A DNA stretch of 64,000 nt from an uncultured Mycoplasmatota bacterium (GCA_900553395.1 USDJ01000004.1:23038-87037); one strand, 5' to 3'; counted from the stretch's first letter, positions 17,146 through 25,986 are shown. Numbers and translations are program-made. The notes: generated by a model not told the origin, from the sequence alone.

Positions 17146-17202
17146 AAAAAAACTAACATTTCTGTTAGTAATTTATTACTCTCGAATTTATAAAAGTTCG
17201 AG
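17146..17202 (-). terminator. Tandem hairpins terminating ssrA
   Basis: Minus strand has CTCGAA-N10-TTCGAG (17181-17202), then ACTAACA-GAAA-TGTTAGT followed by T7 (17146-17169). Confidence 0.6.
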
Positions 17203-17208
17203 TTTCCT

Positions 17209-17220
17209 ATCAATTTGGTG
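17209..17220 (-). repeat. att-like 12-mer at the ssrA 3' end (proximal end of islet)
   Basis: CACCAAATTGAT spans the tmRNA CCA end. It is identical to 14426-14437. Confidence 0.5.
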
Positions 17221-17553
17221 GAGCCGATGGGAATCGCACCCATGTCCGAATACATTACCACAATAACGTCTACAAGCTTAGTTAATTATAAATTGTCTCT
17301 TCAAATAAATTAATTAACAAATAATTTAAAGATAAGTCTATATCATTCATTATTACTTATAGACATCGTAATAATATATCCTACTAAATCGAGCCCTTGT
17401 AAATACCGTAGGAATATATTTACTCAGGCAGCTTTCTTAAATTAAGCGAAAGCTAATTGATTTCTGTTTCCAGTTATTTTAAGTTTGTTTTAACGTATTA
17501 CATTACGGCTTGCAGTTAGAGCTCAAACATACCCGTCGAAACTAGACGGCCCC
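17216..17553 (-). ncRNA. ssrA: tmRNA (transfer-messenger RNA)
   Basis: The minus-strand 5' end is GGGGCCGTCTAGTTTCGACGGG. The 3' end is GGACATGGGTGCGATTCCCATCGGCTCCACCA, an acceptor/T-arm. An internal tag frame reads ...ATA ACT GGA AAC AGA AAT CAA TTA GCT TTC GCT TAA (...GNRNQLAFA*), with the stop at 17442-17444. Confidence 0.9.
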
Positions 17554-17563
17554 AACTAAAAAA

Positions 17564-17592
17564 ATTATAGCACAACTAATTTTAATAGTCAA
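17564..17592 (-). promoter_or_regulatory. Consensus sigma-A promoter of ssrA
   Basis: Minus strand reads TTGACT (17587-17592), 17 nt spacer, TATAAT (17564-17569). The -35 overlaps the 3' end of veg. Confidence 0.65.
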
Positions 17593-17791
17593 TTTTTATA
17601 ACCTTAGTTATCACATCTATATATGAGAATGACTTAGTACCAGTTTCACATTCAACTAGAAATACATAGTCATATAATTCTTTTATTATAGCTTCATAAC
17701 TTTCATATTTATTTCTTCCTAAATTATATTTAATTGATACAACATCTCCTAAATGTTCTAAAAGATCTTTTTTTATTTTTGATATTGTCAT
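17582..17791 (-). CDS. veg: Veg protein
   Basis: At 69 aa, the pattern IKKDLLEHLGDVVSIKYNLGRNKYESYEAIIKELYDYVFLVE...SFSYIDVIT matches the Veg family layout. Its ATG overlaps the yabG stop (ATGA). Confidence 0.8.
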   Translation of the reverse strand: MTISKIKKDLLEHLGDVVSIKYNLGRNKYESYEAIIKELYDYVFLVECETGTKSFSYIDVITKVIKIDY

Positions 17792-18567
17792 CTAGGATAC
17801 CCCATATACATAGTACCTTTTGTAATAATTCCACCTATTCCTTCCTTACCATATTTAGTACTAGAAATTATATTTTTTAAATCTATATCCTTATTTATAT
17901 CTGATAAGCTCATTTGACTTGCTATAATAGCTGGATCAAGTGCGTGAATATTTATTCTTTTTGGGCTAGAAGCAAAATTAGCGCCTGCTCTTATTAATTC
18001 TTCATAATCTGATTGGCAAGCACCTGCTATTATAATTAACTTATCATGGCTTTTTTCAAACTTCCTAGCCTCTTTTACGGCTTTAACAAAATTCAAACTG
18101 TTTTTATAATTATTTATATCATTAATACTACCATTTTTTTTATAGTATGCATCGTGTCCAGTAATTACCAATATATTTGGATTGTATTCTTCTAAATAAT
18201 CTCTTATCTTACTTGATATATCTGATTCATATTCACATATGCCCATAGCCATTAAATTAATATTATTATAGTATTTTAAACATCTATCTAGATATTCCTG
18301 ATCCCCATCTATGTGTAATATTTTACCAGGTAAATAAAAATAGTCATCTCTATCTAATTTATTAGAACTTTTTATTCTATCTACTATGTCCTGATCATTA
18401 CTTTCTTTAAAATCAACCTTTACTAAATCCTCTATATCACTATCTGCGTATAACCTAATATTAGCGCCTTTTAAATAACATATATCACTATCTATGCTTA
18501 TAACTTTAAAAATCATATCATGATTATGTGATATTCTTGTTACATAGTCTCCTACTTTTATATCCAT
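17788..18567 (-). CDS. yabG: Sporulation-specific protease YabG
   Basis: The N-terminus VGDYVTRISHNHDMIFKVISID, then ILHIDGD, LVITGHDAY and IIAGACQS are typical of peptidase U57. SD GGTGA is present, and the gene is linked to veg as in other spore formers. Confidence 0.85.
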   Translation of the reverse strand: MDIKVGDYVTRISHNHDMIFKVISIDSDICYLKGANIRLYADSDIEDLVKVDFKESNDQDIVDRIKSSNKLDRDDYFYLPGKILHIDGDQEYLDRCLKYYNNINLMAMGICEYESDISSKIRDYLEEYNPNILVITGHDAYYKKNGSINDINNYKNSLNFVKAVKEARKFEKSHDKLIIIAGACQSDYEELIRAGANFASSPKRINIHALDPAIIASQMSLSDINKDIDLKNIISSTKYGKEGIGGIITKGTMYMGYPR

Positions 18568-18661
18568 ATTATCACCACTAAATTATATGCTTATATAAAT
18601 TTTTTATTATATTTTTTTGTATAATATATTTCTTTAAAGAAAAAATAATAATGGTGATTTT

Positions 18662-19144
18662 ATGTTATATTTAGCTATTTTCTTTTCTAAAATACTTGAA
18701 AATGCACTCGCTACATTAAGACTAATAGTAGTTGCCAATGGGAAAAAAAAACTTGGTGCATTTCTTCAAGGCTTAATAGCGCTCATATGGATTTTTGTAA
18801 CTGGAATTGTAATTACTAATATAAATAAGGATATTTTAAAAATAATATTTTTTTGCCTTGGTTCAGTAGTAGGTTCTTATTTAGGAAGTGTTATAGAAGA
18901 AAAAATAGCGCTCGGTAACAATATACTTATGTGTGTTACTAAAGAAAAATATGAATCACAAATAAAAAAAATACTTAATGGTCATCAAATAACAACAATC
19001 AGGGAAAAGGATGACAAATATTCTATATTATTTATCTTTTTGAAAAGAAAAGAAATTGCTGGTATAAGTAAAATTATAAAAAAAATAGATAAAGAATCTA
19101 TTTTAATAAGTGAAAAGGCTAAAAATATAAATAATATAGTCTAA
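18662..19144 (+). CDS. UPF0316 (YebE-like, DUF2179) membrane protein
   Basis: Three N-terminal TM segments (ILENALATLRLIVVANGKK...) followed by a soluble C-terminal domain, as in UPF0316. Confidence 0.6.
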   Translation: MLYLAIFFSKILENALATLRLIVVANGKKKLGAFLQGLIALIWIFVTGIVITNINKDILKIIFFCLGSVVGSYLGSVIEEKIALGNNILMCVTKEKYESQIKKILNGHQITTIREKDDKYSILFIFLKRKEIAGISKIIKKIDKESILISEKAKNINNIV

Positions 19145-19193
19145 TATAATCTTTTACATTAATTTATTAACATAAAATGTTATAGGTGATTAT

Positions 19194-19364
19194 ATGAAAT
19201 GGTGCCGCGGTAGAGGATTTTGGTGGATATTATTAATCTGTTTCGCATTACTTTTATTCTATCAATTAATACTTACTATATTTATTTTTACTAGATTCAA
19301 TTTCTTCTTAATATTATTTTTTATGTTTTGGATATTTCTTTGTTTTTTTAGAATACTATGGTAG
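19194..19364 (+). CDS. Small hydrophobic protein, 56 aa (not in the ORF track)
   Basis: SD AGGTGA lies 4 nt before the ATG. My translation is MKWCRGRGFWWILLICFALLLFYQLILTIFIFTRFNFFLILFFMFWIFLCFFRILW*, which predicts two TM segments. Confidence 0.45.
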   Translation: MKWCRGRGFWWILLICFALLLFYQLILTIFIFTRFNFFLILFFMFWIFLCFFRILW

Positions 19365-19368
19365 TTTG

Positions 19369-20253
19369 TTAACTACTTTTTTTATACTCTTCTATAAGTT
19401 TATTACTTTTATATAATCTATCTATTTCACCACTTATTTTTTTGCACATATTAAATTCTGTATCATTAAATTCTATTTTACTGGGCATATTTATTAATAT
19501 AAAAAGTAGACCTAATTCATAATCCTTTAAAGGATAATTTTGCTCATATATTTTTAATAAATCATAAAACTCAAAATCTAAGTAATGACTATTATATAAA
19601 TTATATAAGTCAAAGATTGGTATATCTATTTTTGATTTATCCCAACTTATTAAATATTCTCTATTATTTCTAATATAATGAGATAAATTTAAATTGTTAT
19701 GCACAATACTAACTCTCACTTTATTTAATCCTTCTACTTTTTCGTACCATTTTTCTATATAATCTTTTCCTTTTTCTATAGACGCAAATATAAAACTTAT
19801 GTTTCTAGCGAGCAAATACTCACTAGGGCTCATAAAGACTTTTTCTTCTATAAAAGTTATTAATTCTAAATAATATTCATATAAATACTCATAATTATTA
19901 GATAAATCCTCGTAAATTTTTTTATATTCATCTTCACTTGTTTCTCTATAATGAGTAGTTTTACTATGTAAAAGTGAAACTAAATTAATTAAATCTATAA
20001 TTTTTTGTTCTTTTGGAATATCAATATCTTCTATATATCTTGTAATAACAAATTGTCCTTCATCTAATATTTCTGGGTAATAATTAAAACTTCTTGTATT
20101 TAAATAGTCGTAAATATAGTCTTTATTACTATTTTTTTTTATAACAACTTTTCCTATATTAGTATCTGCAAATATCGCTTTTCCATTTTTTTTATAGCTT
20201 AATGCTCTAATACTATTTTTTTTTAATAGTTCATTAATTTCTTTCATAAACAT
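19369..20253 (-). CDS. CotS/YutH-like spore-coat kinase-fold protein (catalytic motif degenerate)
   Basis: SIVHNNLNLSHYI sits in place of the HGDxxxxN motif, and LISWDKSKIDIPIFDL in place of the IDxD/DLA region. The gene overlaps the SipL-like gene by 20 nt. The start is uncertain (20253 or 20247). Confidence 0.5.
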   Translation of the reverse strand: MFMKEINELLKKNSIRALSYKKNGKAIFADTNIGKVVIKKNSNKDYIYDYLNTRSFNYYPEILDEGQFVITRYIEDIDIPKEQKIIDLINLVSLLHSKTTHYRETSEDEYKKIYEDLSNNYEYLYEYYLELITFIEEKVFMSPSEYLLARNISFIFASIEKGKDYIEKWYEKVEGLNKVRVSIVHNNLNLSHYIRNNREYLISWDKSKIDIPIFDLYNLYNSHYLDFEFYDLLKIYEQNYPLKDYELGLLFILINMPSKIEFNDTEFNMCKKISGEIDRLYKSNKLIEEYKKSS

Positions 20254-21013
20254 TAGGTATAATAAGCTTATCTCCTAATTGTAAATTACTTAAATCATTA
20301 TATTTTTTTAATTCTTCTAAAGTGATATTATATTTTTCCATTATAGTATCTATAGAATCTCCATCTCTTAAGATATATACATTGTATTCTACATAAGTAT
20401 CACTATCACTTGAAATTTGACTAAATAAAGAATTAATTTTTTCATTTATATTTTCTATATTACTATTTTCTCTTTTCTCTTCCATACTCTCTTCTCCCTT
20501 TTCAGTTTTTTCCTCTTCTTTTTTTTCTTCTCTAACTTCATCTATCTTTTCTTCTGCTTTCTCTATTTCTTCACGACTATTTTCTAAAACCTCTTCTTTG
20601 TTATCTTTTAGTGTAAATAAATCATCATCCGCATCTAAAACCTCTCTTACAGGAGTTACTTCTGTTAAGTCATCAATTTTAACTATAGGTTTTTCTTCTA
20701 AAGAATCAACTAATACATCTATTGAAACTGATAATACATTATTGTTTACTATTTCGTAATAAAAATCATCAATATCTACAGTAGCCTTTTTCGTATCATA
20801 TCTATCATCTATTACTATTTCAAATGGTATTTGCAAATTAAATGGATCAACGGACGTACTTTTTTCACTTACTTTGTATTCTCCATTTATTAGAAATTCT
20901 CCTCTTACGGTATCTTTTTCTATAGAAAGATTATGTTCTAGAGAAATACTAGTTATTTCTTCTATATTAGTCTTAAAAATCACATCTTTTTTAAAAGGTA
21001 TTATATTTTTCAT
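20234..21013 (-). CDS. SpoVID/SipL-like spore morphogenetic protein with C-terminal LysM domain
   Basis: The N-terminus IPFKKDVIFKTNIEEITSISLEHNLSIEKDTVRGEFLINGEY matches the SpoVID N-domain pattern. An acidic E/K-rich linker follows, then a C-terminal LysM (YILRDGDSIDTIMEKYNITLEELKKYNDLSNLQLGDKLIIP). I moved the start to the ATG at 21013, 6 nt after AGGAG. Confidence 0.6.
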   Translation of the reverse strand: MKNIIPFKKDVIFKTNIEEITSISLEHNLSIEKDTVRGEFLINGEYKVSEKSTSVDPFNLQIPFEIVIDDRYDTKKATVDIDDFYYEIVNNNVLSVSIDVLVDSLEEKPIVKIDDLTEVTPVREVLDADDDLFTLKDNKEEVLENSREEIEKAEEKIDEVREEKKEEEKTEKGEESMEEKRENSNIENINEKINSLFSQISSDSDTYVEYNVYILRDGDSIDTIMEKYNITLEELKKYNDLSNLQLGDKLIIPNVYERN

Positions 21014-21062
21014 AAACATCTCCTATCAATTAAAGTTATGCTTAAGCTTTTAAAATATGAAA

Positions 21063-21084
21063 AAGAGATAAAAAATTATCTCTT
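21063..21084 (-). terminator. Hairpin after the HerA-like gene
   Basis: Stem AAGAGATA/TATCTCTT overlaps the stop codon, with a T-rich tail on the minus strand. Confidence 0.4.
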
Positions 21085-22870
21085 ATCTATCTATAAACCA
21101 AATATTGCTTATATCACAACTATTGCTTGAAGGAGCTGGAGAAGGCATATCTAATTTTATTAAAGATGGTAGCTTAAATCCAGAACCAAAAGCTATACAG
21201 GTTCCAGGTCTTAATAACTTTAATTTTTTAATTATATCGTCTGTCATATTTGGAACCATTTGTTTTATATATTCTACATCAGTAGGGTGTAACATTTTAA
21301 ATATTAAGAAATTGCTACACTGTGATAGCGCTGTTGTAGATAACTCAGAAGGTCTTTGTGAAATAAGTCCAAGCATAACTCCATATTTTCTTCCTTCTTT
21401 CGTAATTCTATCAAATATGTTATATCCAATTACATTAACATCTGAATCGTTTTGTACATATCTATGTGCTTCTTCTAAAACTATATGTATAGGTAGACTT
21501 GCTCTTCTTCTCAAATTTTTAGAATATTCAAAAAATATTCTAGAATATATTTTGGTCAATGTTTTAGCGAATCTATCATCAACGTAATTTATATTGAAAT
21601 TTATAATTTGAGCTTTTCTACCATTTTCTATAGTTAAAATTTCTTTTATAAATTGATCTCTTGTTTCATATTCACAATCATCAAAATATGATGCATAGTC
21701 ACTATTTAATAAACTTCTTAACCTTACTTTTAAAACATTATAATCATCAAATACTTTGTCACTGCTTAGAACACCTTCAGATATCAAAGCAAATTCAAAG
21801 GCATCATATAAATCTTTTAATGTATATTTAAAAGTGCCATCTGGTAATTTAAGATCTATATCGTCTTTCAAAAATTCACTTATAAACGTTGTTAAAAGTT
21901 CCATTTCTCTTATTTTTCCAGTTGAATCTATAAGTAAACATTGTTTTAATGGTCTTGTATATCCCGGCTGATATATAGGTGTCTCTAAATTAAGATCTTT
22001 AGTATTAAAATGACTTAAAACAGAAAATATTTGATCTCTTATTTGTGCTGGAGACTTACCACTTGCCAAAATATCTAGTAATGCACGAGCTATTATATCA
22101 TTTTTACTTTTTAATACTTCGCTTTCTTCTCTAGCAAATATGCTAACAAGTTTCATTGCTTTCTCTATAATTGGTAAATCTGCTCTTGACTCAGCTTCTA
22201 ATAAAAGAGCTATATCATCAACACCAAGCAACCATAGGGGTACCTTAATATTGGGAATTGTATTATCATGCGTATTTGTTGTATATGCCTTAAAATTTAT
22301 TTCTGGAGTATGTGCATTAATATCTTTAAATGCACTATGATACTCCCCATATGCATCAAATATCAAAATGCTTGCTTTATAAGCAATTGACTTTTTCTTT
22401 TCAAATAGATTTTGAAATATTCTTGCCACGCTGCACGATTTACCACTTCCTGTTGACCCAAATATAGCAAAATGGTTGCTGAAAAACTCATTAATATTAA
22501 CACCTATTTTTACACCTTCATATATAGGGCTCTCTCCTAATAAAAGATATTTTTTTTCACTGTAATCAGGCATTCCTATTATATAATTTACTTTGTCTTT
22601 AGAAATCAATTTAGAAGTAGCAGCAAAAGATGGTTTCTTACTTACTGCAAAATTAAAATCATCACCATCTAGTTCACCCATTAAATTAACATAGGCTATT
22701 CCCTCATCTATATCTACTATTTCACCAATTAATTTTTTTTCATTATCCTCAAACATAACATAAAGATTTATAATGTTTTGCATTTCTTCTAGCTTAACGT
22801 TTAATTTTAACAAAACAATATTATCTTTTATTCCAATTATTTTACCTAGCACTATATCACCTACTATCAC
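21083..22870 (-). CDS. HerA/FtsK-superfamily ATPase (DUF87-type), stand-alone
   Basis: N-terminal HAS-barrel-like VGDIVLGKIIGIKDNIVLLKL, Walker A FGSTGSGKS, Walker B IHIVLEEAHRYV, and GLISQRPSEL. The start is uncertain: GTG at 22870 has no SD, while GTG at 22852 lies behind AGGTGA. Confidence 0.75.
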   Translation of the reverse strand: MIVGDIVLGKIIGIKDNIVLLKLNVKLEEMQNIINLYVMFEDNEKKLIGEIVDIDEGIAYVNLMGELDGDDFNFAVSKKPSFAATSKLISKDKVNYIIGMPDYSEKKYLLLGESPIYEGVKIGVNINEFFSNHFAIFGSTGSGKSCSVARIFQNLFEKKKSIAYKASILIFDAYGEYHSAFKDINAHTPEINFKAYTTNTHDNTIPNIKVPLWLLGVDDIALLLEAESRADLPIIEKAMKLVSIFAREESEVLKSKNDIIARALLDILASGKSPAQIRDQIFSVLSHFNTKDLNLETPIYQPGYTRPLKQCLLIDSTGKIREMELLTTFISEFLKDDIDLKLPDGTFKYTLKDLYDAFEFALISEGVLSSDKVFDDYNVLKVRLRSLLNSDYASYFDDCEYETRDQFIKEILTIENGRKAQIINFNINYVDDRFAKTLTKIYSRIFFEYSKNLRRRASLPIHIVLEEAHRYVQNDSDVNVIGYNIFDRITKEGRKYGVMLGLISQRPSELSTTALSQCSNFLIFKMLHPTDVEYIKQMVPNMTDDIIKKLKLLRPGTCIAFGSGFKLPSLIKLDMPSPAPSSNSCDISNIWFIDR

Positions 22871-22913
22871 ATATATTATACATTAAATAAAAAAAAAATA
22901 AAAGAGCAAGCTT

Positions 22914-23402
22914 TTATTTTAGTTTATATATTTTATCCATCTCATAAATTAAATATATACAGGACAATACATAAGAAAGAGCTATTGGAATAATATAAGC
23001 ACCAATATTTATTCCTATGTGAAAAAATCCCAATAAAACTAAGTCAACTATAGCACTTTTTCTTATTTCTTTATAATTTTCTTTAGTGATGAAATTTTTT
23101 AATCTACCATAATGTATACATTTTAATAAATATGCCCCTATTAAAGGAAGAAAAATATAACCTACATACGCAACAATACTTCTAACTGCCTCATCAGCAC
23201 CTTTTAAAGGGTTCATAAGAAGAAGCGTAACTGGAGTATATGTTAATAATAAAACAATTATATAATGAGTACCAAATATATCATATGCCTTTAGTTTTTT
23301 CTTTCTTTCAATCTTCTTTAATTTTTTTATCTCTTTCTGTGATAAAGGTTGATTATTAACGTTAAAATTAAAGTTTTGATTATCATTCAAATTATTATTC
23401 AT
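22914..23402 (-). CDS. Hypothetical membrane protein (~162 aa)
   Basis: The ATG at 23402 follows GGGAGGTG, so the track's GTG at 23420 lies inside the SD. An N/K-rich N-terminus is followed by 3-4 TM segments. Confidence 0.55.
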   Translation of the reverse strand: MNNNLNDNQNFNFNVNNQPLSQKEIKKLKKIERKKKLKAYDIFGTHYIIVLLLTYTPVTLLLMNPLKGADEAVRSIVAYVGYIFLPLIGAYLLKCIHYGRLKNFITKENYKEIRKSAIVDLVLLGFFHIGINIGAYIIPIALSYVLSCIYLIYEMDKIYKLK

Positions 23403-23444
23403 ACAACACCTCCCAACCACTATGCTAAACTAATAATATCACAG

Positions 23445-23458
23445 AAAAAAAAAAAAAA
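23445..23458 (-). repeat. T14 homopolymer (minus strand) abutting the extended -10 of the membrane-protein gene
   Basis: The plus strand has A14. On the minus strand it is followed by CTG-TGATATTAT, i.e. a TG-extended -10 at 23433-23441. Confidence 0.8.
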
Positions 23459-23668
23459 CAAGTAATATTTTTATAAAATAATATTTTTGACACCAAATAA
23501 TTTAGTATAATAAATAAAATATATTTCCTTAAGATATAAATTTTATATTATTGTATGCTACTAACCTCTATAACACATAATGCCCTAAATTATAAAACTG
23601 TTATTTAATCTACAAAAGTTTTTTATCATTTAAAATATAAATATATATCTTATATAATAAATCAATAC

Positions 23669-23700
23669 AAAAAAAGAAGTAAACTTACTTTTGTTTACTT
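23669..23700 (-). terminator. Intrinsic terminator after lon
   Basis: Stem AAGTAAAC/GTTTACTT overlaps the stop codon, followed by C+T7 on the minus strand. Confidence 0.6.
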
Positions 23701-25986
23701 TATATTATTTAAATAGTTATATATCTCTTCATATTTTTTTACAAATATAAAATTTATACTGTTTTTTATTTCATCAGGCAACTGATTGTAATCATCTCTA
23801 TTAGATTCAGGAGCAAATAATATATTTATATGATTTAAATATGCACCAATAGCTTTCTCTTTTAAACCACCTATTTTTAAAATATTGCCTCTTAAAGTCA
23901 TCTCACCTGTCATTGCTACGTTGCTATTTACTTTTAAGCCTGTTAGAGCGCTTATTATTGAAGTTGTAATAGCGCACCCAGCAGAAGGTCCATCTTTTTT
24001 TATCCCTATATTTGGAATATTAACGTGTATATCATTTTTAAACAATTCATAATCTATACCAAATTTTTTAGAATTAGCTTTAATATAGCTTAAAGCTATT
24101 TTAGCACTTTCTTTTACTTCATCACTCAATGTTCCTGTTAATGTTAGATCTCCATTACCCTTAAAATATGTAGTTTCTATACTGATAGTGTCTCCTCCAA
24201 ATGTAGTACAAGAAAGTCCATTAACTACACCTATATCATCATCTACTAGAATACTTCCATATTTTTCACTTCCTAAATATAATTCTACATTATTTATAGT
24301 AAGTGTAAGCTTTTTATTATTTAATATTTTATTTGTAACTATTTTTCTAACTATTTTTGAAAGCAATCGGTTAAGTTCTCTTACTCCTGATTCTTTTGTA
24401 TAGTTTCTAATTATTTTTATTAATTCTTCATCTGCTATTTTTATGTCTCTTATTCCATGATTTTTACAGATTTTAGGGATTAAATATTTCTTAGCTATAT
24501 TTACTTTTTCAAGCTCAGTATATCCACTTACCTCTATTACTTCTAATCTATCTTTTAGTACTGATGGAATTTTAGATAAGTCATTAGCGGTTACTATAAA
24601 CATAGTATTTGATAAGTCAAATTCTTCACCTACATAATTATCAACAAAATTTTTATTTTGACTATTATCAAGCACTTCTAAAAGTGCGCTTCCAGGGTCA
24701 CCCTTATAACTAGTTCCCATCTTATCTATTTCATCTATTAGAAAAACTGGATTAGAACTTTTCGCTCTCTTAATACCCTCTATTATTTTACCCGGCATAG
24801 ATCCTATATAAGTTCTAATATGACCTTTTATCATCGCTTCATCATCAATTCCACCCATAGATATTTTAACAAAATTTCTATTCATGCTTTGGGCGATTGA
24901 AGCAGCAAGCGTAGTCTTTCCTACTCCAGGAGGACCGACTAGGCATATAATTGGAGTATCCACCAAAGGAGAATTTTCTTTTACCGCTAAGTATTCTACA
25001 ATTCTTTCTTTAGCCATATCCATACCAAAATGATTATCATCTAATGATTTTTTTACTTGAGCTAAAGAATCATTATCCTTGGTAGTAATATTCCAAGGTA
25101 AACTCAACATAAAATCTATATAGTTTCTAACTATACTAAGTTCAGGTGACATACTAGACATTTCTTCATATCTGTCTATTTCATAAAATAGTCTATTTTT
25201 AATTTCACTACTACAATTTAATTCTTGAACGCTTTTTCTTAATGTTATTAATTCTTCTTCTCTTTTAGATAATTCGCCTAATTCACTTTGAATTAGTTTC
25301 ATCTTTTCTCTCAAAAAGAAATTTTTTTGGTCTTTATCTAATTCCTTTTTTACCTTACTATCTATATTATCTTCTATGCTAAATAATTGCTCTTCTTTAT
25401 ACATATCTTCTAGAAGCATTTCTACCCTAGATAAAACATTTTCTTCTTTAATATATTCTAATAAGCGCTCTTTTTGTAATGACATATGATTTACCATAAT
25501 GTCAACAATTTTATCAAGATCTTTTGTACCTTCTATTAATGACAAAACACTATTACTTATTCCTGGAATACTAGCAGTATATTTTTCTATTTCACTATAT
25601 AACTTTCGCATCACAGCTTCTTTTGTTTTAGGATCTACATTGCTAATCTTAATTACATCTACAAATGATTCTATATCTTCGCATTCTTCACTACCTTTTA
25701 TATACTGTATTACAGATGCTCTAGATACTCCTTTTAATTCTACCCTAACTTTGCCGTTAGGAAGTATTAACTTCTTCATTATTTTAGCTACTACACCTAT
25801 TCTAGGTAAATCGTATTCTTTCTTTTCATTCTTACTTGCCGCTACGACAAATATTTTTCTATCGTGGAAAAGTTCTGATTCTTCTATTATGTTTTTGCTT
25901 GTTGCATCAGCAAATTCAAGCTTTAGAGTAGCTTCTGGCATAAGAGGCATTCCATTTAGTAATATAACAGGTAAATTTAATTTCAT
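23695..25986 (-). CDS. lon: ATP-dependent Lon protease (LonA)
   Basis: LON N-domain (LPVILLNGMPLMPE), Walker A GPPGVGKTT, Walker B FLIDEIDK and the protease motif DGPSAG with the catalytic Ser. I moved the start to the ATG at 25986 behind GGAGGTG. The 26-aa N-terminal extension in the track is implausible. Confidence 0.95.
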   Translation of the reverse strand: MKLNLPVILLNGMPLMPEATLKLEFADATSKNIIEESELFHDRKIFVVAASKNEKKEYDLPRIGVVAKIMKKLILPNGKVRVELKGVSRASVIQYIKGSEECEDIESFVDVIKISNVDPKTKEAVMRKLYSEIEKYTASIPGISNSVLSLIEGTKDLDKIVDIMVNHMSLQKERLLEYIKEENVLSRVEMLLEDMYKEEQLFSIEDNIDSKVKKELDKDQKNFFLREKMKLIQSELGELSKREEELITLRKSVQELNCSSEIKNRLFYEIDRYEEMSSMSPELSIVRNYIDFMLSLPWNITTKDNDSLAQVKKSLDDNHFGMDMAKERIVEYLAVKENSPLVDTPIICLVGPPGVGKTTLAASIAQSMNRNFVKISMGGIDDEAMIKGHIRTYIGSMPGKIIEGIKRAKSSNPVFLIDEIDKMGTSYKGDPGSALLEVLDNSQNKNFVDNYVGEEFDLSNTMFIVTANDLSKIPSVLKDRLEVIEVSGYTELEKVNIAKKYLIPKICKNHGIRDIKIADEELIKIIRNYTKESGVRELNRLLSKIVRKIVTNKILNNKKLTLTINNVELYLGSEKYGSILVDDDIGVVNGLSCTTFGGDTISIETTYFKGNGDLTLTGTLSDEVKESAKIALSYIKANSKKFGIDYELFKNDIHVNIPNIGIKKDGPSAGCAITTSIISALTGLKVNSNVAMTGEMTLRGNILKIGGLKEKAIGAYLNHINILFAPESNRDDYNQLPDEIKNSINFIFVKKYEEIYNYLNNIK

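Noticed and set aside
14406-17220. The tmRNA-adjacent region could be an intact prophage or an active genomic island.
   Set aside because: It is only ~2.8 kb. It has no integrase, recombinase, replication or structural genes, and its only mobility gene is frameshifted and truncated. I treat it as a remnant.
21105-22340. Three plus-strand ORFs (160, 71 and 66 aa).
   Set aside because: All lie antisense within the HerA-type ATPase gene, which has clear Walker motifs. I regard them as spurious.
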